Positions 36,827 to 47,896 of a stretch of 64,000 bases of DNA are shown here, in pieces. The notes beneath the pieces were generated by a model. The model had not been told where the DNA came from, searched no databases, and saw only the letters and a program-made list of their open reading frames with translations. How positions within the stretch are numbered: position 1 is the first letter of the stretch; each line of letters opens with the position of its first letter. Position numbers and translations under genes: made by a program. This DNA is from an uncultured bacterium (GTDB taxonomy: Bacteria; B130-G9): the NCBI GenBank assembly GCA_965372715.1, contig CBDVDH010000014.1, positions 4,298 through 68,297 on the forward strand, in the 5' to 3' direction.

Positions 36827-38623
36827 TCAGCCCAGGTCGCGCATGTATTCGTGATAGAGCTTCGCGTATTCGCCGCCCAGGGCAAGGAGTTCTTTGTGCG
36901 TGCCTCTTTCCTTTATTAGGCCATCGCCGATTACGAGGACGAGGTCCGCGTGGCGAACCGTCGAGAGGCGGTGCGCGACGACGAACGACGTACGGCCCCG
37001 CATCAGTCGGCCCATCGCCTCCTGCAACGTCTGTTCGATTATCGTATCGACTGAGGAGGTGGCCTCGTCCAGGATGAGTATCCTGGGGTCCGCGATGAAC
37101 GCCCGCGTGAAGCATATCAGCTGCCGCTCGCCCTGCGAAAGCCCCGCGCCTCGTTCGTGGACTTCCGTCTGATAGCCGTCCGAGAGCTTCATTATCGACT
37201 CGTGGGCGCCGAGTGCCTTCGCCGCCTGAACGACCTGCTCCTCCGAGACGTCGGGATTCGCGAACCTCAAGTTCTCCATGACAGTCCCAGTGAATAGGAA
37301 GCTCTCCTGAAGCACGATTCCCATCTGTTCGTGCAGCGAATTGAGTGTAACGTCCTTTACGTCAAAACCGTCAATCGACACTCGGCCCTTCTGCGCTTCA
37401 TAAAACCTCGGTATGAGAGCGACAGTGGAGCTCTTGCCGCCGCCAGTAGGGCCTACGAGCGCGATCGTCTGGCCGGCCTCGGCCCTGAATGAGATGTCCT
37501 TCAGAATCCACTCCCGCTTGCCATCGACGTCATAGGTGAAATAGACATCCTTGAACTCGACCTTGCCCTTGATTTTGGGGATCGGTCTGGCGTTGTCGCG
37601 GTCCTTGACCTCCGGCTCAGTGTCGAGCAGCTGGAATATCCGCTCTGCCGCGGCCGTGGCCGACAGCGCGCTGTTGTATAGCCAAGTCAGTCCTTCAAGC
37701 GGCCAGAAGAATAGGCCCAAAAGGAGCATGAACTCCGGAAGCACACCTATCGTGAGCTCGCCTTGAACGATTAAGCTTGCCCCATAGAGCAGAATGATGC
37801 CCGTGGCTGTGGCGAACATCATGTCGATGAAGGGGAAGTACGAGTTCCACACTCTCGAGGCGCCCATCATGTTGCGAATGTATTGGTCATTTAGCTTACG
37901 GAAAGTCATCGCGTTTCTGGCCTCCCGCACGAATGCCTGGACGACTCGCACGCCGTTGATATTCTCGGCGAGGTTCGCTGTGATGCGCGAGATGCTCTCC
38001 CTCGTTCTTCGGTACGCAATCAGGCCGTATTTGTGGAACAAGATGCTCGCAACCACGAGAGGAGGCATAGTCACAACAATCGCAAGGAACAGCTTCGCGC
38101 TGCTAAGGCACATAAAAATCGTAACCCCTACGAGGCTCAGGATGCAGCTCGTGAATTCAAGCAGCCCCCACGTGACGATCTCGTCGAGTGATTCGATGTC
38201 CCTGTCGGCTCTTGCGATGATCCTTCCCGCCTTGGTCTTGTCGAAGTATTTCATCGACAGTTCTTGGACGTGTGTGAACACCGCATTCCTCATGTCGTTA
38301 AGCGCCCTCTGTCCCCTCGATGAGGCGAGCTTTATCTGGTAGAGCGCGTTCAGCCATCTGAAGAGCGAGGTCAGGGCGTACAGCCCCGCGATTAGCGCGA
38401 GGCCAGCGACGTCTCCTTTGACGATGTGGTCGTCTATACCTATCCTAACGAGTTTCGGGCCGACGAGCCCGCACGATACCCACAACACTTCCATCACCAG
38501 AACGGCGATAATTGCACGTTTATATGGCGCGAGGAATCCGAGCATACGTCTGAGCACCTTCTTCGAGAACGGCGCGCGCGCCAGCTCTTCCTGGAGTGCT
38601 ACGTCATCTATTGCCGTCGTCAT
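36827..38623 (-). CDS. ABC transporter permease/ATP-binding protein (type I exporter, MsbA-like), second half of a heterodimer.
   Basis: Six-TM N-domain, then Walker A GPTGGGKSS, signature LSQGERQ, Walker B ILILDEATSSVD and the H-loop. There is a 4-nt overlap with the upstream paralog. Confidence 0.85.
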   Translation of the reverse strand: MTTAIDDVALQEELARAPFSKKVLRRMLGFLAPYKRAIIAVLVMEVLWVSCGLVGPKLVRIGIDDHIVKGDVAGLALIAGLYALTSLFRWLNALYQIKLASSRGQRALNDMRNAVFTHVQELSMKYFDKTKAGRIIARADRDIESLDEIVTWGLLEFTSCILSLVGVTIFMCLSSAKLFLAIVVTMPPLVVASILFHKYGLIAYRRTRESISRITANLAENINGVRVVQAFVREARNAMTFRKLNDQYIRNMMGASRVWNSYFPFIDMMFATATGIILLYGASLIVQGELTIGVLPEFMLLLGLFFWPLEGLTWLYNSALSATAAAERIFQLLDTEPEVKDRDNARPIPKIKGKVEFKDVYFTYDVDGKREWILKDISFRAEAGQTIALVGPTGGGKSSTVALIPRFYEAQKGRVSIDGFDVKDVTLNSLHEQMGIVLQESFLFTGTVMENLRFANPDVSEEQVVQAAKALGAHESIMKLSDGYQTEVHERGAGLSQGERQLICFTRAFIADPRILILDEATSSVDTIIEQTLQEAMGRLMRGRTSFVVAHRLSTVRHADLVLVIGDGLIKERGTHKELLALGGEYAKLYHEYMRDLG

Positions 38624-40413
38624 GCGATCACATCCTCCGCGACCTGGTTATTCAGGCTCTGCCCGTCGTAAATCGTTCGGTAAATGCCTTCAGTTTGTAA
38701 TAGACCCTCATGCGTCCCGGTTTGCACGATCTTGCCTTCGTCCAGGACGATTATCTTGTCAGCGTGCTGAACCGTCGAGATGCGCTGCGAGATGATGAAG
38801 GTCGTCTTCTGTTTCGAAAGCTCCCGAAGCGCCTCGTGTATGCCGCGTTCGGTATAGGAGTCGACGCTTGCGGTGGCGTCATCAAGCACCAACAGCCGCG
38901 GGTCAGAGACGATGGCCCTGGCTATCGATACGCGTTGCTTCTGGCCGCCGCTGAGCGTAACGCCGCGCTCCCCGATTATCGTGTCGTAGCCGTTCTCAAG
39001 GTCCTCAACGAACGCGTGCGCGCCCGCGGCCTTCGCATACCTCATTATGTCTTCGCTGGACGCCTCAGGACTTCCGTAGCGAATGTTATCGGCCACCGAC
39101 GCGGAGAAGAGGAATGTATCCTGAAACACGACTCCAACCTCGCCCCTCAGCGACTTGAGCGTGACGCTGGTTATGTCTTGACCATCGATCAGGACGCGGC
39201 CCTCGCCCGGATCATGGAAACGCCCAAGAAGCGAGATCAGCGAGCTCTTACCGCACCCTGTTCTGCCAACAATCGCGACTGTCTGACCCGCACTAACAGA
39301 GAAGCTTATATCATTGAGCACTCTCTGTTCCCCAAGCGTGAGCGAGACGTTCTCGAAGGTTACCTGCCCCGGGCCATCGGGGAGAGGTTCGGCGTCTTCC
39401 GCGTCCATTATCCCTTCCTTCTCGTCCAGCAACTTGAATATCTTCTCGGCGCTCGCTGACGCCTGCTGCGTGAAATCGACCATTCGCCCGACCGCCCTCA
39501 TCCTGTCGGCGATGCTCCGGAGGTAGAGCAAACACGCCGCAATCGCGCCCAAGGACACCGCGCCTCTCATGACAAGCACGCCGCCGAAGAAAAGCGTCAG
39601 GGGGATGCTGAGTCTGAAAATGAACATCGCGAACGGGACACTCTCCGCCCAAACCGCGATCGCCTTGATCATCTGCCGCGTGAAGACCTGGGCGCGGCCG
39701 CCGAACTTCTCAATCTCTCGCCCTTCCTGCCCAAATGCACGGACGACCCTCGCGCCTGCAATGTTCTCTTGAAGGACGGTCGTAACGTCGTCATACTTGT
39801 CGCTGGCGTCCATGAACATCGGGCGGATTCTTCGCGCGAACTTGATCATCAGATACGCAGTCGGAATAATCATCGAAAGCGCCGCGGCGCCGAGCCTATA
39901 GTCCCAGATGAGAATGATCACTGAGGCGCCGATGACGTACGACAGGATCTCAGGTCCCATGAAGACGGCGGTCGCAAGGAACATCCTGATCTTGTCAACG
40001 TCTCTCGTCGATCGCGCGATCAGCTCGCCGGACGACGCATTGCCATGAAACTCCAGCGACAGCCGCTGCACCTTCTCGTACTCCCTGCACCTCAAATCCG
40101 AGATAACGCCGTGAACGATCGCGGTCTGCGTGAGGCCTCGACGGAAACGAAACAGGTCCCGCAGTAATGAGGCGCCGACGTACAGCAGGACGTAGGACAG
40201 CACAAGCGGTATGATCTGCGCCTCATCCGCCCCCGCCCTAACCATCCGCGTAACGTGGTTGATCGCCCAGGCAACAACGACCGGTCGCAATAGATCAAAC
40301 CCCAGACCGGTATAGAGTAGGACGTAGAGCTGCACCGCTTTGCCCTTATAGGGCTTGACATACTTCAGAAGCCGCCAGATGACCTTTAGTGACGGCTTTG
40401 CTTGCTCAACCAA
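38620..40413 (-). CDS. ABC transporter permease/ATP-binding protein (type I exporter), first half of a heterodimer.
   Basis: TM domain plus Walker A GRTGCGKSS, signature LSGGQKQR and Walker B LLVLDDATASVD. Confidence 0.85.
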   Translation of the reverse strand: MVEQAKPSLKVIWRLLKYVKPYKGKAVQLYVLLYTGLGFDLLRPVVVAWAINHVTRMVRAGADEAQIIPLVLSYVLLYVGASLLRDLFRFRRGLTQTAIVHGVISDLRCREYEKVQRLSLEFHGNASSGELIARSTRDVDKIRMFLATAVFMGPEILSYVIGASVIILIWDYRLGAAALSMIIPTAYLMIKFARRIRPMFMDASDKYDDVTTVLQENIAGARVVRAFGQEGREIEKFGGRAQVFTRQMIKAIAVWAESVPFAMFIFRLSIPLTLFFGGVLVMRGAVSLGAIAACLLYLRSIADRMRAVGRMVDFTQQASASAEKIFKLLDEKEGIMDAEDAEPLPDGPGQVTFENVSLTLGEQRVLNDISFSVSAGQTVAIVGRTGCGKSSLISLLGRFHDPGEGRVLIDGQDITSVTLKSLRGEVGVVFQDTFLFSASVADNIRYGSPEASSEDIMRYAKAAGAHAFVEDLENGYDTIIGERGVTLSGGQKQRVSIARAIVSDPRLLVLDDATASVDSYTERGIHEALRELSKQKTTFIISQRISTVQHADKIIVLDEGKIVQTGTHEGLLQTEGIYRTIYDGQSLNNQVAEDVIA

Positions 40414-40936
40414 CTGGACATCACCTCCGTTCGGGAGTTTCGGGAGTATGGATAAAACATAAAAGCCCTGAACTCACTGGGAGTCCAGGGCTTCAGAGAA
40501 GAGAAATTGTGTTCTCTAACTATCAATGAAATCCCTGGGTCCTCCCCGGCACGACACGTCGCCTGTGGGCAGCGCGAGCGGTCGATTCTGCGCATACCAC
40601 TCCCCGGCACAGACGCCCGCGGAGAATGTCACGATGTGCTTAACCATCCGAATCAGCCCTCCAGACAACCAATAAATGTATGAGACTCCAGTCCATCAAC
40701 CGATATTAAACTAATAGTTTATCAAAGTGATGAGGGGTTTGTCAAGCATTCTTTCGTGGGTAGTCTGCGCTCATCCTTCGTCGAACCTGCGATGGGACGA
40801 AAGCGACCCATTGGCAAGCAGTCAGAGCGACCTAATTAAGGTCTGTTCTTCTGAAGATGGCACTGGTGAACCGGTAGACACGCGATGAGGAGTCAGGCAA
40901 GAAATGCGCGGCGTGGATAATGAACATGCCGCGCAT

Positions 40937-41875
40937 CTAGGCGGCTTCCTCCCGTTTGGCTTCGGGCTTTGAGCAGAGCTCAAGGACAGCGAACTCCGGG
41001 GCGCATCTGAACCTGAACGGCGCGTATCGGACGATGCCGAGGCCTCTTGTGACAAAAACGAACATATCCCCCACCCTAAACAGCCCTGAGGCGAGGCCCC
41101 TGAAGACCCTTGACCGCGAGACGAATGAGCCGACGGCGGGCAGGCGCATCTGGCCGCCGTGGGTGTGGCCCGCCAGGACGAGATCGACCTTTCTTTTGAG
41201 TAGATACGAAACCACATCCGGCGAGTGGGTCAGGAAAAGAACCGTGTCGGTCGGTCGGACTTCCTCAAAACAGAACTGGATGCAGTGGCGTCCGCAGATG
41301 AAATCGTCGATGCCAATGACGACGAGCCGTTTGCCTTCACGTTCAATGATGCGACTCTGATTGCGCAAGACTCTCACATTCGCTTGCTCGAGAGTTGAAA
41401 CCAGGCCAGCCGTGTCGTTCTTTTGTTCCACAATGTATCTCTCGAGGAAGAGGTTGCTGAAAGGATAGTGGTTGTAGTCGTGGTTGCCGAGTACGGCGAC
41501 CGTTCCGTTTCTCGCGCCGACGCGATCCAGAGCTTCCATGAGGTTGCTGAGAAGCGGCAGGCCCGTGTCAGCCTCAATGAGATCGCCGGTCATACATATC
41601 AGGTCGATTTGGTCGTGGTTGAGTTGCTCGGCCAGAGAAGTAATCCCCTCGATCATCCTGGGCTTCGTCTCCCTTCGCAAGTGGAAATCCGATAGATGAA
41701 GAACCTTGAAGCCCTCAAATGGCGAGTTTGGCTCTAAGACCTCAACCCGAGTCCTCGAAATTGCGGGGGAGAACGGCTCCACCCAATACGCGTAGGCCAC
41801 GACAACGGCACTGACGGCAACCACCACAACCGCGAGAATCGTAAGAGCAATCATATCCAAGCCTCCAAGCCGCAA
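40937..41875 (-). CDS. Membrane-anchored calcineurin-like metallophosphoesterase.
   Basis: N-terminal TM helix; metal-binding motifs HLSDFH, GDLIEAD, GNHDYN and GHTHGGQ. Confidence 0.75.
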   Translation of the reverse strand: MRLGGLDMIALTILAVVVVAVSAVVVAYAYWVEPFSPAISRTRVEVLEPNSPFEGFKVLHLSDFHLRRETKPRMIEGITSLAEQLNHDQIDLICMTGDLIEADTGLPLLSNLMEALDRVGARNGTVAVLGNHDYNHYPFSNLFLERYIVEQKNDTAGLVSTLEQANVRVLRNQSRIIEREGKRLVVIGIDDFICGRHCIQFCFEEVRPTDTVLFLTHSPDVVSYLLKRKVDLVLAGHTHGGQMRLPAVGSFVSRSRVFRGLASGLFRVGDMFVFVTRGLGIVRYAPFRFRCAPEFAVLELCSKPEAKREEAA

Positions 41876-42140
41876 ATGTTAAGGGTTCCAAGTTCGGACT
41901 TCAAGGCCGAGGAGTGAGGAGTTTCCGTGAGAGAGGCTGTCCCGGTCACGGGGCCTTCTCTGAGACGCATATATCGCGCTTCGTGATCGCTGTAAGTATG
42001 GCTGCGCAACGAGTTGCTGGACGATCTAAGTCGCGATTCTACGGCGCTCCTGATCTTTGTGACAAGCCCGCTGTGACTCAAGGCTCGGAAGCCATCACAG
42101 CGTCGCCCGAAAACACTCTCAGGATCAATCGCAGGTCCCG

Positions 42141-42608
42141 TCACCCACCAAGCGCCGTCTCCTTGCCCGTAAGGCCATCCAGCACCGTTGTGGCCTTGCC
42201 TTCCCCTTCAGAAGGCCGAATATAGAAGACCTTATGCACAAACCGGCCCGGCGAAAGCTCGATCCGCGTCGGCGAGAAGCCGCGATACCTCGCCAGGGCG
42301 TAGGTTCGGAGCCTCTTCTCGGCAGACGCCGCCGCAAAAGCCTCATCTACATCCGCCGGAACAACCCTCGCCTCATCGATTTCTCTCGGATGCGGCCGCG
42401 GAACATCGCGATACAGCCGGGCCACGCCGTCAACGGCGTCCACAAGCACAACGAACTGCTTCTCCTTCTCGGCTCCCACGAGGGGCTTCACGAACAGCCT
42501 CGCAGCAAACAGCCAAGTGGGGTAATAGATGACCTCGCCCTCAGGGTCTGAAATCCCGATTGGTCCACTCAATTGAACCGGTGGAATGACCTCGATCGTC
42601 TTCATCAT
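42141..42608 (-). CDS. Hypothetical protein.
   Basis: Only codon usage and ORF length support it; no motifs were recognised. Confidence 0.35.
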   Translation of the reverse strand: MMKTIEVIPPVQLSGPIGISDPEGEVIYYPTWLFAARLFVKPLVGAEKEKQFVVLVDAVDGVARLYRDVPRPHPREIDEARVVPADVDEAFAAASAEKRLRTYALARYRGFSPTRIELSPGRFVHKVFYIRPSEGEGKATTVLDGLTGKETALGG

Positions 42609-42743
42609 GGTTCGACTCGCACAATAGTGATACGGGAGATCTGGCTGATTCTCAAGACCAATGAAGAGGCTCTTGATTATAGCATGATTGTCGGAATCGC
42701 CTGTAGGGGTGCTGCTTGCTGCACCCTTGATTACGTTCAGCCA

Positions 42744-42773
42744 GAGAAGGGCGGGGCAAGCACCGCCCCTACG
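42744..42773. repeat. REP-like palindrome (reverse orientation of the 8571-8600 unit).
   Basis: agaagggcggggcaagcaccgcccctacg is the reverse complement of cgtaggggcggtgcttgccccgccc. Confidence 0.7.
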
Positions 42774-42791
42774 ATGCCCGACACCGAATCA

Positions 42792-44471
42792 TTACCCAGC
42801 CGACTCAAGCCCAGGGATTTTGACGCCTTTCTCCTTCGCGGTGTCGATCGCAGCCTGGTAGCCCGCGTCCGCGTGGCGAGCTATGCCGCTGCCCGGGTCA
42901 CAGGTCAGTACCCGCTCGAGGCGCCTCGCCGCCTCGTCGGTTCCATCGGCCACTATGACCATGCCGGCATGGATTGAGAGGCCAATCCCGACGCCGCCGC
43001 CATGGTGGACGGATACCCAGCTCGCGCCTGAAACGGCGTTAAGCAACGCGTTGAGGATAGGCCAATCAGCGATAGCGTCGCTTTTGTCCTTCATGCCCTC
43101 CGTCTCGCGGTAAGGCGAGGCGACCGAGCCGCTGTCGAGGTGGTCCCTGCCGATCACAATCGGCGCCTTGACCCTCCCCTGTCGAACGAGGTCGTTGATC
43201 GCCAGGCCGAACTTCGCCCGCTCGCCGTAGCCAAGCCAGCAGATGCGACTTGGGTAGCCCTGGAACTTCACCCTCTCGCGAGCCGCCTTGATCCATCGGC
43301 ACAGAGGCTCGTCGTTCGGAAAGAGACTCAGCACGAGCTCATCCGTTTCATAGATGTCCTGCGGATCGCCCGACAGCGCGACCCAGCGGAAGGGCCCCTT
43401 TCCTACGCAGAACAGCGGCCTGATATAGGCCGGAACAAACCCCGGGAAGTCAAACGCGTTCTCCACGCCGGCCAACTTCGCCTGGCCACGGATGTTATTT
43501 CCGTAGTCGAAGACGACGGAGCCGTTTCTCTTCATGTCGAGCATCGCCTGAACGTGCTTTGCCACGGACTCGAACGCCAGCTTCTGGTATTTGTCGGGGT
43601 CGGCTTTCCTCAAGGCAAGCGCGTCCTTGTATGCTATCCCCGCCGGGACGTAGCCGTTTAGCATGTCGTGGGCGCTCGTCTGGTCGGTAACAAGCTCGAA
43701 GAAAATGCCCCGGCGAACGAGCTCAGGATACACATCCGCGGCGTTGGCGACCAGCCCCACTGACCTCGCGACTCTCTCCTTTCTCGCATCATCGATGGTC
43801 CTTAGCGCCGCATCCAATTCATTGGTTATCACGTCAACATAACCGGTTTTCAGGCGCCGATCCGCACGCATCACATCGACCTCAACGCCCAGAAACGAGG
43901 CGCCGTTGAGAGTCGCCGCGAGAGGCTGCGCGCCCCCCATGCCTCCGAGCCCTGCTGAGAGGATGGTCTTGCCCGACATGTCGCCGCCAAAATGTTTCTG
44001 AATCGCCGCGGCAAATGTCTCGTAGGTGCCCTGGAGTATCCCCTGCGTGCCGATGTATATCCAGCTCCCGGCGGTCATCTGACCGTACATCGTCAGGCCG
44101 AGGCGCTCCAGCTCGCGGAACTTCTCCCAGGTCGCCCACTGCGGCACTAGAAGCGAATTGGCAATGAGCACCCTGGGCGCGTCCGGCGTCGTCTTGAACA
44201 CGCCGACCGGCTTGCCGGACTGCACCAGCAGCGTCTCGTCGTTCTCGAGTTCCTTCAGCGCGGCCACGATATTGTGGAAAGCCTCCCAATTGCGTGCGGC
44301 CTTCCCCGTCCCGCCATAGACGATTAGCTCCTGCGGTTTTTCGGCGACGTCCTCGCTGACGTTGTGCATCAGCATCCGCATCGCCGCCTCCTGTAGCCAA
44401 CCCTTGCACGAGATCTCAGCGCCCAATGGCCGCTCAATCGGCTTGTATGCCGCCATATCCTTATCCTCCAC
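42792..44471 (-). CDS. hutU: Urocanate hydratase (urocanase).
   Basis: Full-length match by eye to the HutU family (N-terminal [28 protein letters not shown], the NAD-binding GGMGGAQP and internal blocks); length 559 aa. Confidence 0.9.
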   Translation of the reverse strand: MEDKDMAAYKPIERPLGAEISCKGWLQEAAMRMLMHNVSEDVAEKPQELIVYGGTGKAARNWEAFHNIVAALKELENDETLLVQSGKPVGVFKTTPDAPRVLIANSLLVPQWATWEKFRELERLGLTMYGQMTAGSWIYIGTQGILQGTYETFAAAIQKHFGGDMSGKTILSAGLGGMGGAQPLAATLNGASFLGVEVDVMRADRRLKTGYVDVITNELDAALRTIDDARKERVARSVGLVANAADVYPELVRRGIFFELVTDQTSAHDMLNGYVPAGIAYKDALALRKADPDKYQKLAFESVAKHVQAMLDMKRNGSVVFDYGNNIRGQAKLAGVENAFDFPGFVPAYIRPLFCVGKGPFRWVALSGDPQDIYETDELVLSLFPNDEPLCRWIKAARERVKFQGYPSRICWLGYGERAKFGLAINDLVRQGRVKAPIVIGRDHLDSGSVASPYRETEGMKDKSDAIADWPILNALLNAVSGASWVSVHHGGGVGIGLSIHAGMVIVADGTDEAARRLERVLTCDPGSGIARHADAGYQAAIDTAKEKGVKIPGLESAG

Positions 44472-44534
44472 ACTCAGGTTCCGCGTGTCATCTCAATGGA
44501 TTCACTCTGCCACGACGGCCTCAATGCGCCAAGC
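44281..44534. repeat. Copy 1 of a 254-bp direct duplication covering hutU codons 1-64 plus 63 nt upstream. It is about 97% identical to 47489-47742.
   Basis: Direct nucleotide comparison; the boundaries are sharp. Confidence 0.85.
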
Positions 44535-44706
44535 GGAGAAGACGGCCCAAATAGTCAGATTGAGCCGGCGAATGTTGCGGCGGCCTCGCCAAAGGGCCGA
44601 GCGTTTGATTTGGAGTGCGGCGGCTTGACGCCGCTTTCACACGCCGTAGCCTGATGCGGCGCTGTTTCTGCCGGTCAATCAATCCGCGGGGATAATAAAC
44701 GCATAG

Positions 44707-47010
44707 TCAATAAGCGATCGAAAACGGGAACGAGCTTGGCTGGCCGATGACCTCGAATCGGATCGGCTTGGACAGGGCGCTGGCGAAGAGGTAGTTGCCC
44801 ACGGGAAGCCCGCCCGGAACTAGTGTGCTTAGAAGAGTGGTTGGGTCCATACAATAGCCTCGCGGCAGAAGCAGACCCCTCATATAAGGGAATATCCCGA
44901 ACGCAATCCTATCCGGAGAGATACACAAAATGGCTCCGTCGGGGAAGACGAAGGCGAAATAGACATCCACAAAAACGTCCGAGCCCATGTTCTCAATCTC
45001 ATACGCGGCAACGAGCGTGTCGCCGAGCGCAAACTCTGTGTTGTTGAGCGAGCAGTCGATCGTTGGTTTCTCGGCAGCAGGTATGAGGACGCTGACGCCG
45101 CCGTGAGGCGTCCCGAACCACTTGCTCCCGTCGGGAGCTATGGCGATGGCCCAGACATTGTCGTAGCCCAAACCGCTGTTGCCGGTATTGTAAGTCGTCC
45201 AGCTGCCGTCGCCGTGCAGGACGCTCACGCCGCCCAAACGCGTCCCGAACCACTTGCTCCCGTCAGAATCTATGGCGATGGCATAGACCCAATCGTCGGC
45301 CAAACCGCTGTTGCCCGTGTTATAAGTCGTCCAGCTGCCGCCTGCGTGCAGGACGCTGACCCCGCCGCTCCGCGCCGTCCCGAACCACTTGCTCCCGTCG
45401 GGAGCTATGGCGATGGCATTGACATAGTCGTCGGCCAAACCGCTGTTGTCCGTTCTGTAAGTAGTCCAGCTGCCGTCGCCGTGCAGGACGCTGACCCCGT
45501 ATGACGTCCCGAACCACTTGTTCCCATCAGAATCTACGGCGATGGCATCGACCCAGTTCGAAGCCAAACCGCTGTTGCTCGTATTGTAACTCGTCCAGCT
45601 GCCGTCGGCGTGCAGAACGCTGCCTCCGCCGCCCCGCGTTACAAACCATTTGCTCCCTTCAGAAGCTATGGCGATGGCCCAGACCGAATCGTGGGCCAAA
45701 CCGCTGTTAGCTGCATTGTAGGTTGTCCAGCTGCCGGCTGGGTGCAGGACGCTGACGCCGCCCGACGTCCCGAACCACTTGCTCCCATCGGGAGCTATGG
45801 CGAGGGCATGGACATAGTTGTCGGCCAAACCGCTGTTGGCCGTATTGTAAGTCGTCCAGCTGGCGTCGGGGTTCAGCACGCTAACGCCGCCCCCCGTTAC
45901 AAACCACTTGCTCGCGTCGGAATCTATGGCGATGCCATGGACAATGTCGCTGGCTAAACCGCTGTTGCTCGTATCAGGAGTAGTCCAGCCGCCGTCGGGT
46001 TGCAGGACATTGACGCCGCCGCAATCCGTCCCGAACCACTTGCTCCCGTCGGGACCTATGGCGATGGCCTGAACATAGTTGTCGGCCAAACCGCTGTTGG
46101 CTGTATTGTAAGTCGTCCAGCTGCCGTCTGGGTGCAGGACGCTGACCCCACCGGGGTAGAATCTAGCGTCTCCGTACACGTAATGCGTGCACGTCCCGAA
46201 CCACTTGCTCCCGTCGGGACCTATGCCGATGGCCCGGACATAGTCGCTGGCCAAACCGCTGTTGGACATATTGTAAGTAGTCCAGCTGCCGTCTGGGTGC
46301 AGGACGTTGACCCCACCGGGGTATATTCCGCCAATAGAGCCTGCCCCGAACCACTTGCTCCCATCGGGAGCTATGGCGATAACATTGATCGGTAAGACCG
46401 CCAAACCGCTGTTGAACATACTGTAAGTAGTCCAACTGCCGTCGGTGTGCAGCACGCTGACGCCGCCCGACGTCCCGAACCACTTGCTCCCGTCAGAATC
46501 GATGGCGATGGCGCTAACCCTATCGCTGGCCAAACCGCTGTTGCCCATATTGTAAGTAGTCCAGCCGCCGTCGGCGTGCAGGACGCTGACGCCGCCTCCC
46601 CACGTCCCGAACCACATGCTCCCGTCAGAAGCTATGGCGACGGCCTGGACATAGTCGCTGGCCAAACCGCTGTTGGCTGTACTGTAGGTAGTCCAGCTAC
46701 CGTCAGCATGCAGGACGCTGACGCCGCCTCCCCAAGTCCCAAACCACTTGGTCCCGTCAGAAGCTATGGCGACGGCAAAAACGCGATTTGCGGCCAGGCC
46801 ATCGGCGCGGGTGTAAACCGTCTTATCGCCGGTTCGCAAATCGAATCGCACAACGCCCCCCGACCCTCCGCACCACACGTATTCGTCGCCCTCAAAAGCG
46901 ATGGCGCGAACCTCCGTACCGGCGGTGTAGTTGAGCCATGTGTCCCCGGCAAACGTCGTTGCCGCAATGAACACAAAAACCAGCGTGGTCACAGTCAGTC
47001 CCAAACGCAT
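44707..47010 (-). CDS. Secreted beta-propeller protein with about 15 two-component-regulator-propeller (Reg_prop, Y_Y_Y-type) repeats and a C-terminal roughly 115-aa domain shared with the first ORF of the window.
   Basis: Signal peptide. Iterated 45-aa units ...GSWTTYNT.NSGLA.DYV.AIAID.DGSKWFGT.GGVSVLH. The C-terminal IDCSLNNTEFALGDTLVAAYEIENMGSDVFVDVYFAFVFPDG resembles VSCSLNADEFASGDLMRGFMSVENRGVDVMVDIFAVITMQDG of ORF 1..2615. Confidence 0.75.
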   Translation of the reverse strand: MRLGLTVTTLVFVFIAATTFAGDTWLNYTAGTEVRAIAFEGDEYVWCGGSGGVVRFDLRTGDKTVYTRADGLAANRVFAVAIASDGTKWFGTWGGGVSVLHADGSWTTYSTANSGLASDYVQAVAIASDGSMWFGTWGGGVSVLHADGGWTTYNMGNSGLASDRVSAIAIDSDGSKWFGTSGGVSVLHTDGSWTTYSMFNSGLAVLPINVIAIAPDGSKWFGAGSIGGIYPGGVNVLHPDGSWTTYNMSNSGLASDYVRAIGIGPDGSKWFGTCTHYVYGDARFYPGGVSVLHPDGSWTTYNTANSGLADNYVQAIAIGPDGSKWFGTDCGGVNVLQPDGGWTTPDTSNSGLASDIVHGIAIDSDASKWFVTGGGVSVLNPDASWTTYNTANSGLADNYVHALAIAPDGSKWFGTSGGVSVLHPAGSWTTYNAANSGLAHDSVWAIAIASEGSKWFVTRGGGGSVLHADGSWTSYNTSNSGLASNWVDAIAVDSDGNKWFGTSYGVSVLHGDGSWTTYRTDNSGLADDYVNAIAIAPDGSKWFGTARSGGVSVLHAGGSWTTYNTGNSGLADDWVYAIAIDSDGSKWFGTRLGGVSVLHGDGSWTTYNTGNSGLGYDNVWAIAIAPDGSKWFGTPHGGVSVLIPAAEKPTIDCSLNNTEFALGDTLVAAYEIENMGSDVFVDVYFAFVFPDGAILCISPDRIAFGIFPYMRGLLLPRGYCMDPTTLLSTLVPGGLPVGNYLFASALSKPIRFEVIGQPSSFPFSIAY

Positions 47011-47445
47011 ATCGTGCCTCCTTTACTCTTGCTAGCATGGGGTGTCTGCAAAATGAATCAGAAATCATGTTAAAGAACCATAACACAAATAGCGAGGCGT
47101 TCAACACTTTCGGCGAATCGTTTGGAGTGCGGCGAGCTGTCTCCCGCACAATCAAATCGAGCTGGGGCATGTTGCGGCAGCTTCCGGAAGGGGCGCGCGA
47201 GCTTGTGCCCGAAAGGGCAGACCATGGGCAGCCGTTCGGCGCGCGGCGAAACGGTGCAATTGGTGGCACAATCCTGCCGTTTTGACCTCCCCGTTGCCTT
47301 TTGTGTACGGCTGCCCGTTGACCGTCAATCTGACTATCGAGGATCGCGCCGTTGAGAAGGGACCGCGTAAGGGCTGATTACAGACCGATATTTCACAATT
47401 TAACCCGAAGAGCAAAGCTGGCGGTCGTGACTGCTGAAGAGATCA

Positions 47446-47679
47446 TCAACAACCTAACGGAGCTCGAGAGCCCGTAAGGCTGTGGATGGCCTCCCAACTT
47501 CGGGCGGCCTTCCCCGTCCCGCCATAGACGATTAGCTCCTGCGGTTTTTCGGCGACGTCCTCGCTGACGTTGTGCATCAGCATCCGCATCGCCGCCTCCT
47601 CTAGCCAACCCTTGCACGAGATCTCACTGCCCAATGGCCGCTCAATCGGCTTGTATCCCGCCATATCCTTATCCTCCAC
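47446..47679 (-). pseudogene. Duplicated 5' fragment of hutU (first 64 codons), then out-of-frame read-through.
   Basis: [60 protein letters not shown] is nearly identical to the HutU N-terminus, and homology stops at the duplication boundary. Confidence 0.75.
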
Positions 47680-47742
47680 ACTCAGGTTCCGCGTGTCATC
47701 CCAATGGATTCACTCTGCCACGATGGCCTCAATGCGCCAAGC
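47489..47742. repeat. Copy 2 of the 254-bp hutU-5' duplication.
   Basis: See 44281-44534. Confidence 0.85.
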
Positions 47743-47896
47743 TCTCGACGCCGGAACCTGTTCAATCCATAAAGCGGGCGGGTCAAAGACCGCGCCCCTA
47801 CATCTCCAGAATCTGAATTACTGGAAAGCCTCCCACTCCGGTTGACAATCTGCTCGGTTTATATTACCCCACGACAAAGGGACATCAGAGGAAAAG

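Noticed and set aside
43882-44409. [27 protein letters not shown]... and its near-twin at 47393..47617.
   Set aside because: Both are out-of-frame ORFs inside hutU and its 254-bp duplicate. Their similarity is a by-product of the duplication, not evidence of a gene.
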